IMG/VR virus record: IMGVR_UViG_3300037761_000162
Coordinates: 1-48,086 of that record
DNA: 48,086 bases
Reading direction: 5' to 3' (one strand)
Source of the DNA: a virus
Shown: positions 21,983-31,076 of the stretch, in pieces
Layout: each line of letters starts with the position of its first letter
Numbering within the stretch: the first letter of the stretch is position 1
Notes under the pieces: model-generated
What the model saw: the letters and a program-made list of their open reading frames with translations, nothing else
Told to the model about the DNA's origin: nothing
The model's database searches: none
Program-made: the position numbers and the translations under genes

Positions 21983-23290
21983 ATGGCCGTTCGGCATTTC
22001 GACGGCAGCTCGCGTATCGAACTTGACCTGGGTAACGTCTCTACCCTTAACGCCGGCGCCTACACAGTTGCCGCAATTGCCAAACGGACCACCGATGGCA
22101 ATGACCGTACACTGGCCTCGGCGGAGGCTGCGACTAGTTCCCGACGCGCTTTCATGATTGCGCCCGATGACGATATGATATTCGTCTCGGGCGGCATAGT
22201 GGTGGACTCTACGGTAAGTTGGGACTCGTCACTGGATTGGTGCCTAGTCGCTATCACAAAGGCATCCGGTAACTCGACACCCCGATTTCACCGCTACGTG
22301 TTCGACACTGACACCTGGACACATCAGGACGGCTCGGGTACCCGCTCGGACGACAGCGAGGTCCTTGACCACATTGCGATTGGACAAGCCGACCAGAGCT
22401 TCGGATTTATCGGCCGGCTTGCGGTTGCCGGGGCCTGGCAGAGCCCTTTGTCTGACCTTACGCTTGAAGGATTGACTGACGAGCTGTCTGCATGGGTCAC
22501 GGCCTCGCCTGATGCCCTGTGGCCGCTGAACCAGGCTAGCGTCACAACCGCTGTCCAGGACATCACTGGAGGCGGGGCCGACCAAGTTGCCCGCGTCGGG
22601 ACTTCGGTTGTCACAGGCGACGATCCACCAGGGTTCGACTTCGCATTGACTCAGACTGTACTTGGCGATGGATCGGCTGATCTTGGACCACTGACCGCAT
22701 CCGCAACCGGTCTACGAACCATTCATGGAGTCAGCCTTGGCGACCTTGGCACACTGACCGCCACCGGTACCGGGCAGCGGACTGTGTACGGTGTTGCTCT
22801 CGCGGACCTTGGGTTTACGGCGACTGCGCATGCCGTGGAGTTCGGAACTGCCGTGGCCGATCTGGGCCTCTTGGCTGCAACCGCCTCCGGGCACGTGATC
22901 CGCTACGGTGTCGCGATAGCCGATTTGGGTGCTCTCGCTGCTCACGCCAGGGCACCCATCACGGTTACTGGAGTTGCGGTGGCGAACCTCGGCGGCCTTT
23001 CGTCGATGCTTGTAGGCGATCGGAGCCAATTGCCGAGGTTTATTCTGGTTGGGCCAACGTATCAGGAAAATCTTCGAACCAACGATCGGTTGTTCAGCCG
23101 CTATCAGTTGCCCCACGGAACTACTCTTGCTGTTGTTAACGGTGTCGTAACTGAGCTGATCTACCCCTACCAAGAAGACTTGGAGCAGTACGACAGCGTT
23201 TACCTTGGTGGTTTTGAGCATCGTATTACCGCTAATGAGGCGAACATCCTGATCGTTGCTGGGTATGGCGAGTTCGTTACACCAATCTAG
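21983..23290 (+). CDS. virion protein with internal tandem repeats (435 aa)
   Basis: The N-terminal ~170 aa weakly resemble LamG/concanavalin (by eye). Six tandem 19-21-aa repeats centre on ADLG-x-L-[TA]-A. C-terminal globular part. Confidence 0.6.
   Translation: MAVRHFDGSSRIELDLGNVSTLNAGAYTVAAIAKRTTDGNDRTLASAEAATSSRRAFMIAPDDDMIFVSGGIVVDSTVSWDSSLDWCLVAITKASGNSTPRFHRYVFDTDTWTHQDGSGTRSDDSEVLDHIAIGQADQSFGFIGRLAVAGAWQSPLSDLTLEGLTDELSAWVTASPDALWPLNQASVTTAVQDITGGGADQVARVGTSVVTGDDPPGFDFALTQTVLGDGSADLGPLTASATGLRTIHGVSLGDLGTLTATGTGQRTVYGVALADLGFTATAHAVEFGTAVADLGLLAATASGHVIRYGVAIADLGALAAHARAPITVTGVAVANLGGLSSMLVGDRSQLPRFILVGPTYQENLRTNDRLFSRYQLPHGTTLAVVNGVVTELIYPYQEDLEQYDSVYLGGFEHRITANEANILIVAGYGEFVTPI
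22664..23005 (+). repeat. In-frame tandem repeat array (six units of ~57-63 bp)
   Basis: Protein units: GSADLGPLTASATGLRTIH / GVSLGDLGTLTATGTGQRTVY / GVALADLGFTATAHAVEF / GTAVADLGLLAATASGHVIRY / GVAIADLGALAAHARAPITVT / GVAVANLGGLSS. Confidence 0.75.
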
Positions 23291-23301
23291 AAAGAGGACT
23301 A

Positions 23302-23463
23302 ATGCCGAAGAAGAGTAAGCGGGTTCCGCCGGCTGCGTCGCCTATGGCCGGAAAGAACAACCCGACATCGTACCGGGCAATGCCCCCAAAGGGTCGTTCC
23401 AGTGCGTCCAACCAGGGCGGCGGCCGTGGAATCCGCCCCGCCAAGAGCATGAGGAAGAGTTGA
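23302..23463 (+). CDS. small highly basic protein (53 aa), below the ORF-track cutoff
   Basis: Hand translation: MPKKSKRVPPAASPMAGKNNPTSYRAMPPKGRSSASNQGGGRGIRPAKSMRKS. AAAGAGGA RBS at 23291-23298. The stop lies 1 nt before the next ATG. Confidence 0.5.
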   Translation: MPKKSKRVPPAASPMAGKNNPTSYRAMPPKGRSSASNQGGGRGIRPAKSMRKS

Positions 23464-23464
23464 T

Positions 23465-24091
23465 ATGGTTTATTCGACTGTGGATGTTGTAGGTGCTTCG
23501 TCGGTTACGGCTGGTACTTCAGCAACTATCAACGCTGGTACTGCCGCAACTGGCGATGCCGTTTTCCTGCACATTGTGTGGACGAACCCAGCCGTCAGTA
23601 GCGTTGTCGACAATGACTGGGTCGTTGTTCCCGGCACTAATGTGGTTGGCCCTGACTATGCGTCTGCGGTCTACTCCCATGTGCTTGACGGCACTGACTC
23701 AATCAACTTGTCGTGGACTGGCTCTAGCCATTGGACGTGGCAGCTTATTGCTTGTGACGGGCTGACTGCCACCCCGCTAGACCTGTCCGAGACGGCGCAG
23801 AGCAACAGTGCTGCCACCCTGCCGCGTCTAAATGGTGTCGGTGCTACTGACCATGTGCTGTGTTTCGCTGGATCGGTCAACGGTTTGTCCCAGACGAATG
23901 TACGGGCTTACCCGGATGTCGGGTTTGTCGTGGCGGAGGAAACTCAGAGCGCGGCCGGGCGGCCCACTCTTTGGGTGGGGCAGTTTAGCGGTCCGATCGG
24001 CGATCTCGCCGTGACGCTTCCTGCGTCGGTCTATTTTGACCCGCCGCCGACTCACAGCGTAGGGCACACGCTTTCAGTCCTGGTTGCGTAA
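23465..24091 (+). CDS. virion structural protein (208 aa)
   Basis: Tightly packed in the tail module. Beta-rich, no motif. Confidence 0.55.
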   Translation: MVYSTVDVVGASSVTAGTSATINAGTAATGDAVFLHIVWTNPAVSSVVDNDWVVVPGTNVVGPDYASAVYSHVLDGTDSINLSWTGSSHWTWQLIACDGLTATPLDLSETAQSNSAATLPRLNGVGATDHVLCFAGSVNGLSQTNVRAYPDVGFVVAEETQSAAGRPTLWVGQFSGPIGDLAVTLPASVYFDPPPTHSVGHTLSVLVA

Positions 24092-24094
24092 CCG

Positions 24095-24397
24095 GTGGGC
24101 GTGCGCTGCACGTGTGGTCATGGACACGAGACTTTTGGCGCGTGTATACGCGCCAAAAGTCTGTCAGTGGGATATTGCCGGAGCCACGTAGTGAACAATC
24201 CCGCCCGCCATGACAAGGCTGCCAACCGTCACCATGAACGCGAGTTGGACGAATACTACCGGGCGCGTATGCAAGGGATTCGGCCGGGCGCAACCACCAT
24301 GGCAGCGGTGCGGCATGCCCTTGACCGATCTGATCAACTCGGAGCCCCCTACAACGCCGCCGACCCGCTCAGCCATTTCGACGCTCTAGGAGACTAG
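24095..24397 (+). CDS. small Cys/His-rich protein (100 aa)
   Basis: GTG start. N-terminal CTCGHGHETFGAC..C..H cluster. Confidence 0.45.
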   Translation: MGVRCTCGHGHETFGACIRAKSLSVGYCRSHVVNNPARHDKAANRHHERELDEYYRARMQGIRPGATTMAAVRHALDRSDQLGAPYNAADPLSHFDALGD

Positions 24398-24398
24398 G

Positions 24399-25283
24399 TT
24401 GCCTGAGAGCCCGTTCACGGTTCGCGCGATCATCACCGAGGCGCGAGACATCCTGTACTCCTACGCCGGCCAGGACCAGAGGACAAGTCTGGCGCAACCG
24501 ATCACGGCGAGCGACCTCACTTTTTCGGTCTCAGGGAGCACGCTTATCTCTCGTGGTGTAATCGAGATTGACGATGAGCTGGTCTACGTTGGCAGCGTTG
24601 ACTCAACAACGGGGTTGGCCACGGTTGAACCGTGGGGTCGCGCTCAGTCGGGGTCGACGGCAACGAACCATGCGGCTGGTTCGGAGATTGCGATGGCACC
24701 TCGCTTTTCCCGCCAGCGGCTAGCCAGTATCGCGGCGTCGGTGCTTAGGGAAATCTTCCCCGCAGTGTATCCAGTTTCGCAGACTGAGTTGACAGTTAAC
24801 CCAGCACGCACGAATTACGTTCTTCCGTCCGACGCTTACAACGTCCTCTCTGTGGAATTTAACTGGCCTGGTCCGACTGGCATGTGGTCGCCCGTGAAGC
24901 GATGGCGTCAGAATAAGCCTGTTGAAGGTCTGGAGCTGGAGTTGATTTCCGCAACCTGGCCCGGTGAAGACCGCGTGAGGGTCAAGTACGCGAAGACGCC
25001 GAAGTCGAGTTGGGCGATCGACGATGACCTGGCCACGTTCGGCTACGATTTCGAGGTGCGTGACGTGGTGATCCTCGGGATTGCTGCACGTGCGTTGGCG
25101 TTCATTGAGCCGGTTCGTGTCAGCGTGCAGTCGGTTGAGGCGCACGGGCGCTCGGAGGTTGTTCCGGCGGGCGCAGCGGCGGACGCATCGCGATACCTGT
25201 TCGCTTTGTTCCGGCAGAGACTTGACGAGGAACGTAGTCAAATCCTGCTTCGGCACCCGATCCAACCGCATAGGACGCACTGA
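24399..25283 (+). CDS. tail/adaptor-type virion protein (294 aa)
   Basis: TTG start with AGGAGA RBS (24388-24393). The N-terminal module IEIDDELVYVGSV..GRAQSGSTATNHAAGSEI is shared with the next gene. Confidence 0.55.
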   Translation: MPESPFTVRAIITEARDILYSYAGQDQRTSLAQPITASDLTFSVSGSTLISRGVIEIDDELVYVGSVDSTTGLATVEPWGRAQSGSTATNHAAGSEIAMAPRFSRQRLASIAASVLREIFPAVYPVSQTELTVNPARTNYVLPSDAYNVLSVEFNWPGPTGMWSPVKRWRQNKPVEGLELELISATWPGEDRVRVKYAKTPKSSWAIDDDLATFGYDFEVRDVVILGIAARALAFIEPVRVSVQSVEAHGRSEVVPAGAAADASRYLFALFRQRLDEERSQILLRHPIQPHRTH

Positions 25284-26251
25284 TGGCACGTAAGTATTCG
25301 AACACGTCAGTTGAAACGACGCTGGTCAACAGCGTCAACTCATCAGTGACCAGTATCGAAATAAACGATACCGGTGGTCTCCCGGCGACGTTCCCTTACT
25401 CCCTGATTCTTGATTTCGAAACCGCTAACGTCGAGGTCGTTACAGTCACGAATCTCGCTGGCGGCACGTTGACCGTGACTCGCGGCCAGGATGGAACCGC
25501 TGCGCAGTCCCATAACACGGGTGCCGTTGTGGTGCACGGGCCTACCGCGCGGGATTTCTCCGAACCGCAGGCGCACATCGACGCAGCTTCCGAAGTGCAT
25601 GGGCTTGCGGCTGGAAGCGAGCTTGTTGGTACAACCGATACGCAAGCGTTGACTAACAAGACGATTAGCGGGTCTGCCAATACGCTGACAAACATTGCTG
25701 GCAGCTCTCTTGCTCCTGCATTTAACGCTTCAACGGTCGATGCTACGTTCCAAAGTGTAACACTCTCTGGGCCGGACCCGGACGTGGACGTAGCAACTGA
25801 GCTAGCAGATTTGCAGGCAGGGCTTCCGGTACCCGGGCAAAGGCCCGGTGAGGTAATCGGCACGCCCACGGTAGAGACCTCCAACAGCTCTACCTTCACA
25901 ACCACCGAAACGCAGGTATCTAGTATCACGGTGCCACTGGTATCTGGCCGAACCTACTGGGTCGAGGCGTTTATAGGGTTCAACTCAACAGTTGTCGGTG
26001 ACGTGATCAGTGGACGCCTTCGCGAAGACAACGCATCCGGAAACATCATCGACCAAAACGTCATCGCCACCGTGTTTGTGAGCGGCTTCCGGAAGACCAC
26101 GTGCCCGCTATACTTCCGGTTTACCGCATCTGCAACCGCGAATAAGACGTTTGTGGCTACTGGCCAGAGGGACTTTGGCACCGGTACGTGCCGAATGGAG
26201 GCTAATACTAACCGACCAAGCTTCATGCGGGTTATCTACGAGAGCGGCTGA
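25283..26251 (+). CDS. tail fibre / receptor-binding protein candidate (322 aa)
   Basis: N-terminal module VEVVTVTNLAGGTLTVTRGQDGTAAQSHNTGAVV. The TDTQALTNKTISGSANTLTNI motif is of the kind seen in actinophage fibre proteins. Beta-rich C-terminus. Confidence 0.6.
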   Translation: MARKYSNTSVETTLVNSVNSSVTSIEINDTGGLPATFPYSLILDFETANVEVVTVTNLAGGTLTVTRGQDGTAAQSHNTGAVVVHGPTARDFSEPQAHIDAASEVHGLAAGSELVGTTDTQALTNKTISGSANTLTNIAGSSLAPAFNASTVDATFQSVTLSGPDPDVDVATELADLQAGLPVPGQRPGEVIGTPTVETSNSSTFTTTETQVSSITVPLVSGRTYWVEAFIGFNSTVVGDVISGRLREDNASGNIIDQNVIATVFVSGFRKTTCPLYFRFTASATANKTFVATGQRDFGTGTCRMEANTNRPSFMRVIYESG

Positions 26252-26256
26252 TAGCA

Positions 26257-28167
26257 ATGCGGCTACCTAGTCGACTCCCAGCCAGCCTTGGTCGAGGCAT
26301 TGGCTCGGGAGACCTCTTCGTAAGGTCCGGTGTCGCCTACAGTTATGCTGTCGGCGGGTTGCCGTTCATGTCGGCCGCGTCGACCGCCCGTCCGATCATT
26401 CGTGAGACGGCACCGATCAGGAAAGAGCAGTTTGACAGTCAGACCCTTCCTGGTGAGCAGTCGTTAGAGTTCTGGTGGCTGCGGTCTCAGCAGTCTTTTC
26501 ACGGCGGAGCCGGCCAGGTATTTGCCGACCCTACCGAAGATAATCCGTTCAGCAGCATTCGCTTTCGCTTTTCACGTAATGTTAACGTGTGGGACCAGGG
26601 TGAGGCGAAGCTTCTTAATGATGTCGGTACCATTGATGGCGCAACTGCGGTCCCTGGGCTGTCTGACGCGACCGAGGTGACGTTTGGCGATGGCGAACAC
26701 GCGGCCGCAACAATCGACGAAACAAGCGTACACTTTGTAACCTCGGACGACTACGTTGAGCGTACGCTTGCGGTGACGACTTCCGCCCAGACCATAACGT
26801 CGGACGGCACTCACATGTACGTTGGCGCACAGGACGGGGTATGGTCGGCTCCGATACCGGCCAGCCTTGCCACTGCGCCATCATGGACACAGGAGTACGA
26901 TTTCACGACCTCGGACCCAGTGTTTATGGCGTTCGTGAAACAGCGGCTTATTCTGGCCGTAGGACCCGCACTCTATGAGCTTGACCCTCACCCGCCAACC
27001 CCGCCTGCCGTACTGCCGGCCGCGCTTTTCACTGATGTCAACCCGGATTGGGTGTGGACCGGCATTACCGAGGTTGCGGGAGCGATTCTGGTCGTAGGCA
27101 ACGCCGGTGGCATCCGGGGTGCGATTCTGAAACTTACTGTTGACGTTGACGGCGAGATTCCGGTCCTGACCGCTCCGTCAACCGCAGCCCAGCTACCTTT
27201 TGGCGAGGTACCCTACTCGGCTGCTGGATACCTAGGACGATTCGTTGGCATCGGCACCAATAAGGGCGTCCGTATCGGCATAGCTGACTCGGCTGGCGAC
27301 ATCGAGTATGGGCCGCTGTTGTTCGCGTCAGAGTTCCCGGTCAGAGCATGGTCTGCCCGTGACCGTTTCCTGTGGTGCACTGTTTCACGGGGGAACGAGG
27401 GCGATTCGGGGCTTTACCGGATTGATTTGTCAACTGAGCTGGCCGAGCTGCGGTTCCCATATGCCACTGACCTGGTTGCCGATGGCGATACGGCAGATTG
27501 CAACGTCATAGCGCATTTGGGGGCCTCGGACCAACTATTCTTCGCCACCGGCAGCAATGGTTACCGCCAAGACCTGACTAATCTTGCACTCGTTGGGACG
27601 CTACAGACTAGTCGGATTCGGTTCAATACGGTTGAGCCGAAAGTGTTCAAGCTTATCCGGGTACGTGGTCCGGTACTAGCTGGACCATTGGGTCTAGAGA
27701 CCATTGACCAGGCAGACAACGTTGCGTCTTCGCACACCTTCCCGTCTGGCAGGTCGCCCGGCGATACCGATGTCGCGGTATCTTCCCCGTCCGAGCCGAT
27801 TGACTTCATGTCATTGCGATTTACGTTTAACCGCCAGATTTCGCTCAACGGGCCAATTCTGTGGGCCTACCAGCTCAAAGCGTTGCCGGGCTCTCCGCGA
27901 CAGCGGATCATCCAGCTTCCGCTCTGGTGCTTCGACTGGGAGCTTGATCGCTTCGGCCAGCGGCGAGGCGGCCATGGCGGGGCGTGGCGGCGCATTCGAG
28001 CACTGGAGCAAGTCGACGCAGCCGGTAACACCGTGATACTTCAAGATTTCGATATTGGGGAGAATGCCGAATGCGTGATCGAGAGGGTGAGCTTCGAGCA
28101 GACGGCGCCTCCTCCGACCGCGGAGGGCTGGGGCGGGGTCATCACACTAACGCTCCGGACCGTGTAA
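26257..28167 (+). CDS. large tail protein (636 aa), nozzle/spike candidate
   Basis: The largest ORF at the distal end of the virion module. No tape-measure or tube genes anywhere in the genome. No motif. Confidence 0.5.
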   Translation: MRLPSRLPASLGRGIGSGDLFVRSGVAYSYAVGGLPFMSAASTARPIIRETAPIRKEQFDSQTLPGEQSLEFWWLRSQQSFHGGAGQVFADPTEDNPFSSIRFRFSRNVNVWDQGEAKLLNDVGTIDGATAVPGLSDATEVTFGDGEHAAATIDETSVHFVTSDDYVERTLAVTTSAQTITSDGTHMYVGAQDGVWSAPIPASLATAPSWTQEYDFTTSDPVFMAFVKQRLILAVGPALYELDPHPPTPPAVLPAALFTDVNPDWVWTGITEVAGAILVVGNAGGIRGAILKLTVDVDGEIPVLTAPSTAAQLPFGEVPYSAAGYLGRFVGIGTNKGVRIGIADSAGDIEYGPLLFASEFPVRAWSARDRFLWCTVSRGNEGDSGLYRIDLSTELAELRFPYATDLVADGDTADCNVIAHLGASDQLFFATGSNGYRQDLTNLALVGTLQTSRIRFNTVEPKVFKLIRVRGPVLAGPLGLETIDQADNVASSHTFPSGRSPGDTDVAVSSPSEPIDFMSLRFTFNRQISLNGPILWAYQLKALPGSPRQRIIQLPLWCFDWELDRFGQRRGGHGGAWRRIRALEQVDAAGNTVILQDFDIGENAECVIERVSFEQTAPPPTAEGWGGVITLTLRTV

Positions 28168-28214
28168 CAGCCTTTCCACTGCCAAGGGGACACGTTTTTG
28201 GACCGTCGCCTCTT

Positions 28215-28778
28215 GTGGTTACACATCACGATGGGCGGTCCAAGCCTGATGGTATAGCATTGCGTCGTTGGCAGAGCTGGTTTGCCGGCGGCTGGCGCCG
28301 GCCTTGGATGCACCCCAACGGCCGCTACGACGGCCTGACCCAGCGGGCGGTGCTGGAGGTCCAAGACCGGGCTGGCCTGCCGCGTACGGGGCTGCTGGGG
28401 CCGCGAGAATGGGCAGCCGTGTGGACCCTGACCCCGTCCCCTAAGCCACCCCGGAAGCCGCCGGCCAGACCCACGGGACTGACCGGCCATGAGCGCCGGG
28501 CACGGCGGAGGTACTGGCGGCGGTTCTCGGGGTGGCATGTCGAGCCTGGCAGTGATCCAGAGGCACCTGAGTGGTATCCCGGTCGCCCGTTCGGACCCCA
28601 CTGTCGAGGCGCCTACGTGGTTCCGGTGCAAGAGGTTCTAGGGTTCAAGCCGACCGGCCGCTTCCAGGTCGCCCTTGGGAGACGAGTTGCCGGGTTGCAA
28701 CGGGTGAACGGCCTGCCCGAATCTGGCGTGGTCGATGCGCGCACCGCGCGCGTAATCGAGTCAATGCGGGACAAATAA
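28215..28778 (+). CDS. protein with two peptidoglycan-binding (PG_binding_1-like) repeats (about 187 aa)
   Basis: Two repeats: GRYDGLTQRAVLEVQDRAGLPRTGLLGPREWAAVW and GRFQVALGRRVAGLQRVNGLPESGVVDARTARVI, joined by a basic Pro-rich linker. Start uncertain (GTG 28215 or ATG 28308). The track start at 28071 lies inside the previous gene. Confidence 0.65.
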   Translation: MVTHHDGRSKPDGIALRRWQSWFAGGWRRPWMHPNGRYDGLTQRAVLEVQDRAGLPRTGLLGPREWAAVWTLTPSPKPPRKPPARPTGLTGHERRARRRYWRRFSGWHVEPGSDPEAPEWYPGRPFGPHCRGAYVVPVQEVLGFKPTGRFQVALGRRVAGLQRVNGLPESGVVDARTARVIESMRDK

Positions 28779-28825
28779 AATGGCGGCCCCCATCTGAGCT
28801 AGCGGGCTTGGTGGGGGCCGCCATT
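28779..28825. terminator. Stem-loop at the convergent junction of the late operon and integrase
   Basis: Perfect 14-bp arms AATGGCGGCCCCCA / TGGGGGCCGCCATT with a 19-nt loop, starting 1 nt after the TAA stop. Confidence 0.5.
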
Positions 28826-28977
28826 CTGCGTCTCTGACATCGACCCAATTTCGCCGTGGTGAGGGCCGAGCCCAACGCGGCCTACCAAAGTGAGTGGACC
28901 TGACCCGGTAGACCCATATTCAGTTGTGGATGGATGGAGCAGTCAACCGGGGAGCACCCGTATTGACGCCGGCCAGC

Positions 28978-30198
28978 CTACATCATCGTTTTCGAGACTG
29001 TCAACTCGGAGGCGGTAACCCCGTTGATCACCACCACCATGGGTGCCAGCCCGGTCACCGGAGGTGCTTCGGGCGCGGGCGCGTCAGGTCGTAGCAGCAC
29101 CTGCCGAAGCGCCTGCTCAGCGGCCGTGGCGGTTGCCTCGGCCAGAGTTGGCTCTGCGATCCCGGTGTAGACCTGCGTCTGGGTGTCTCTCGTATGGCTG
29201 GCGATCATCTGAGCTGCCGCAAGCCCGCCCGCCAGGCGGGCGTAGGTCAGCCCACTACGGCGTAGCAGGTGGGCGGCTTCGTCCCGGAGGTCGATTTCCG
29301 GCCCGTAGAACGCCCTGAGGGCGCGCTTGACGGTCGCACTGGCCTGTTCGGCACCCATGGGTGCGTCCGGAACCAACGGCCACTCAGCTCGCATCAGCCG
29401 CTTCGGGACGCCAGCCGGTAGCGTGGACGCGTGCGGCTTCTTCGCCAACACCGGCCACTCCGACTTCGGCTCGCCGTACCGGTCCACGAACCATGCGAGG
29501 TAGCGGTCTAGCTCGACAGCCACCGGCGGGCCGATGGGGAGCTGGAACTCGACCACCCGGCGCCGGCTTTTCGCGTTGATCAACTCTGCCCAACCGTACG
29601 GGTGAGCAGAGTCGATCTCGTCACGGTGAAGATCGCCCCAGCGAAGCACCACCAGACTGGACGCACGGAGTGTCCAGCGCAACCCCAGAGTGACCAAGAG
29701 ACGGTCCCGAGGATGGAACGCGCAGTCCAGCAGACGGGGCCATTCATCAAATGGGATGCGTCGAAAGACCTTTTGGCGCCGGATGTCTTCCGGCGCAACC
29801 TTTCGCGCTGTGTTGCTGATCTCATACTCGGCCCGGAACGTTGGGCTAATCCACTCCTCCCGGTACAGCATCTCAACGAAACCTCGAAGGGCGTTCCGGT
29901 CTAGGGTGAGGGTCCCGCCCCGGCGGCCCACCCGGACACCTCGGCCTTCGGCCCGCTGGGCAGTCTGGGTTGCGTCACTGGCGCCCTGGTAGAGGTCGAT
30001 CAGGGCATCGCGGAAGTGTTCCCGGCGGAGGTTACGGGTCAGGGTGTGGAGCCCGCGGGGGGTTTGTCGAGCGAGGGCAAGGAGCGCACTTCGCTTCATG
30101 CGGACGGTCTTGGCGATGAGGCCCCGGTGGGCCTCTTGGCGGGCGTAATGGTCGATCGCCTCGGCCAGGGTGACGGAGGCGATCTGCTTTCGTGGCAT
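28978..30198 (-). CDS. int: tyrosine integrase (406 aa)
   Basis: ATG at 30198 with GAAGGAG RBS. Catalytic pattern LRWTLRASSLVVLRWGDL (Arg), HLLRRSG (HxxR), SHTRDTQTQVY (His...Tyr). Confidence 0.85.
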   Translation of the reverse strand: MPRKQIASVTLAEAIDHYARQEAHRGLIAKTVRMKRSALLALARQTPRGLHTLTRNLRREHFRDALIDLYQGASDATQTAQRAEGRGVRVGRRGGTLTLDRNALRGFVEMLYREEWISPTFRAEYEISNTARKVAPEDIRRQKVFRRIPFDEWPRLLDCAFHPRDRLLVTLGLRWTLRASSLVVLRWGDLHRDEIDSAHPYGWAELINAKSRRRVVEFQLPIGPPVAVELDRYLAWFVDRYGEPKSEWPVLAKKPHASTLPAGVPKRLMRAEWPLVPDAPMGAEQASATVKRALRAFYGPEIDLRDEAAHLLRRSGLTYARLAGGLAAAQMIASHTRDTQTQVYTGIAEPTLAEATATAAEQALRQVLLRPDAPAPEAPPVTGLAPMVVVINGVTASELTVSKTMM

Positions 30199-30639
30199 CG
30201 GCAACTCCTTCGTTGTCCACCGGTAAACGCGAGTTGCCAGCCTCCAGTATACCAGGACAGACCGGTTGTCACAAGGCAAATGGATCGTTACCGGTATAAG
30301 ACCGGCTACCTACGCTTACCAGGCGATATGGATGTGTGTCACTTGAGGTTCAGACCCTAAGGGGTAAAACGGCGTTTGTCAAGTTGAGACACGTCGATTC
30401 GGTCTGTACCTGACCGGTTGACCGTTGAGGCTACAAGGTCCACACTGCCGTCGTGGCCATCTACTGCTCCGACCAGTGCCGAACGGGCGACTGTGGCGAA
30501 TGCGAGCCTGTTGAGCTGGACTTGTTCTTGGCAGGCAGGGACCCGGGTCCACCGTGCGGTCACGCGTGCCACGACTGGCCGGATGTGCCACTTGCCGGCG
30601 AGAACGACCCGTACGACTGGCAGTGATCACCCCGCCTCT

Positions 30640-30873
30640 CTAGCTCTTTCGTCGCGAGTCCCTGATCCAGCAATCGTAGCATATGCCGTCTTGGTGGTGA
30701 TCAAAACCATATTTATACTTCTTGCACCTTTTGCAACGGAAAAATTGGCCGGGTAACGCTGCGAGGTGCGGGAAGTCAGGGCTGGGTGGCTCTACATGAG
30801 CATAGACCAGCTCCCTAATGTGCTTGATTTCGCCACCACAGGTGACACATGTTCGAACGATCCACTTACCCAC
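30640..30873 (-). CDS. zinc-ribbon-like small protein (77 aa)
   Basis: Three CxxC pairs (CVTCG, CKRCK, CYDCW). GTG start with a weak RBS. Confidence 0.4.
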   Translation of the reverse strand: MGKWIVRTCVTCGGEIKHIRELVYAHVEPPSPDFPHLAALPGQFFRCKRCKKYKYGFDHHQDGICYDCWIRDSRRKS

Positions 30874-30883
30874 AACGCCAATC

Positions 30884-30913
30884 TTGACAGATGACGGTTG
30901 ATCTCTATAGGGT
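30884..30913 (+). promoter_or_regulatory. sigma-70/SigA-type promoter candidate
   Basis: TTGACA (30884-30889), an 18-nt spacer, then TAGGGT (30908-30913). Alternative -10 TATAGG with a 16-nt spacer. It points toward the tRNA-Arg-like sequence. Confidence 0.3.
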
Positions 30914-31076
30914 GGGGCGGCGGAACCCCCCGCACGCCCCGGGGTCTTGAGGGTTTGATTTACTCCCGGCTTTCAAGACCCTGGGGCTTACCTTTACGGC
31001 ATCGGACATGCTATTGTCGCGAAGACGAAACCGAAGGTCGGTGTGGCGGGCGTCACATCCATTAACGGGAGGTTCC

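Noticed and set aside
28041-28631. 196-aa minus-strand ORF, and the 28071 start of the plus-strand ORF
   Set aside because: The minus ORF is antisense to the peptidoglycan-binding repeats. The 28071 start lies 97 nt inside the preceding tail gene, so a later start (28215 or 28308) is preferred.
30357-30572. 71-aa minus-strand ORF between int and the zinc-ribbon gene
   Set aside because: It has no RBS and no motif, and alternative frames are equally open. The evidence is too weak to call a gene.
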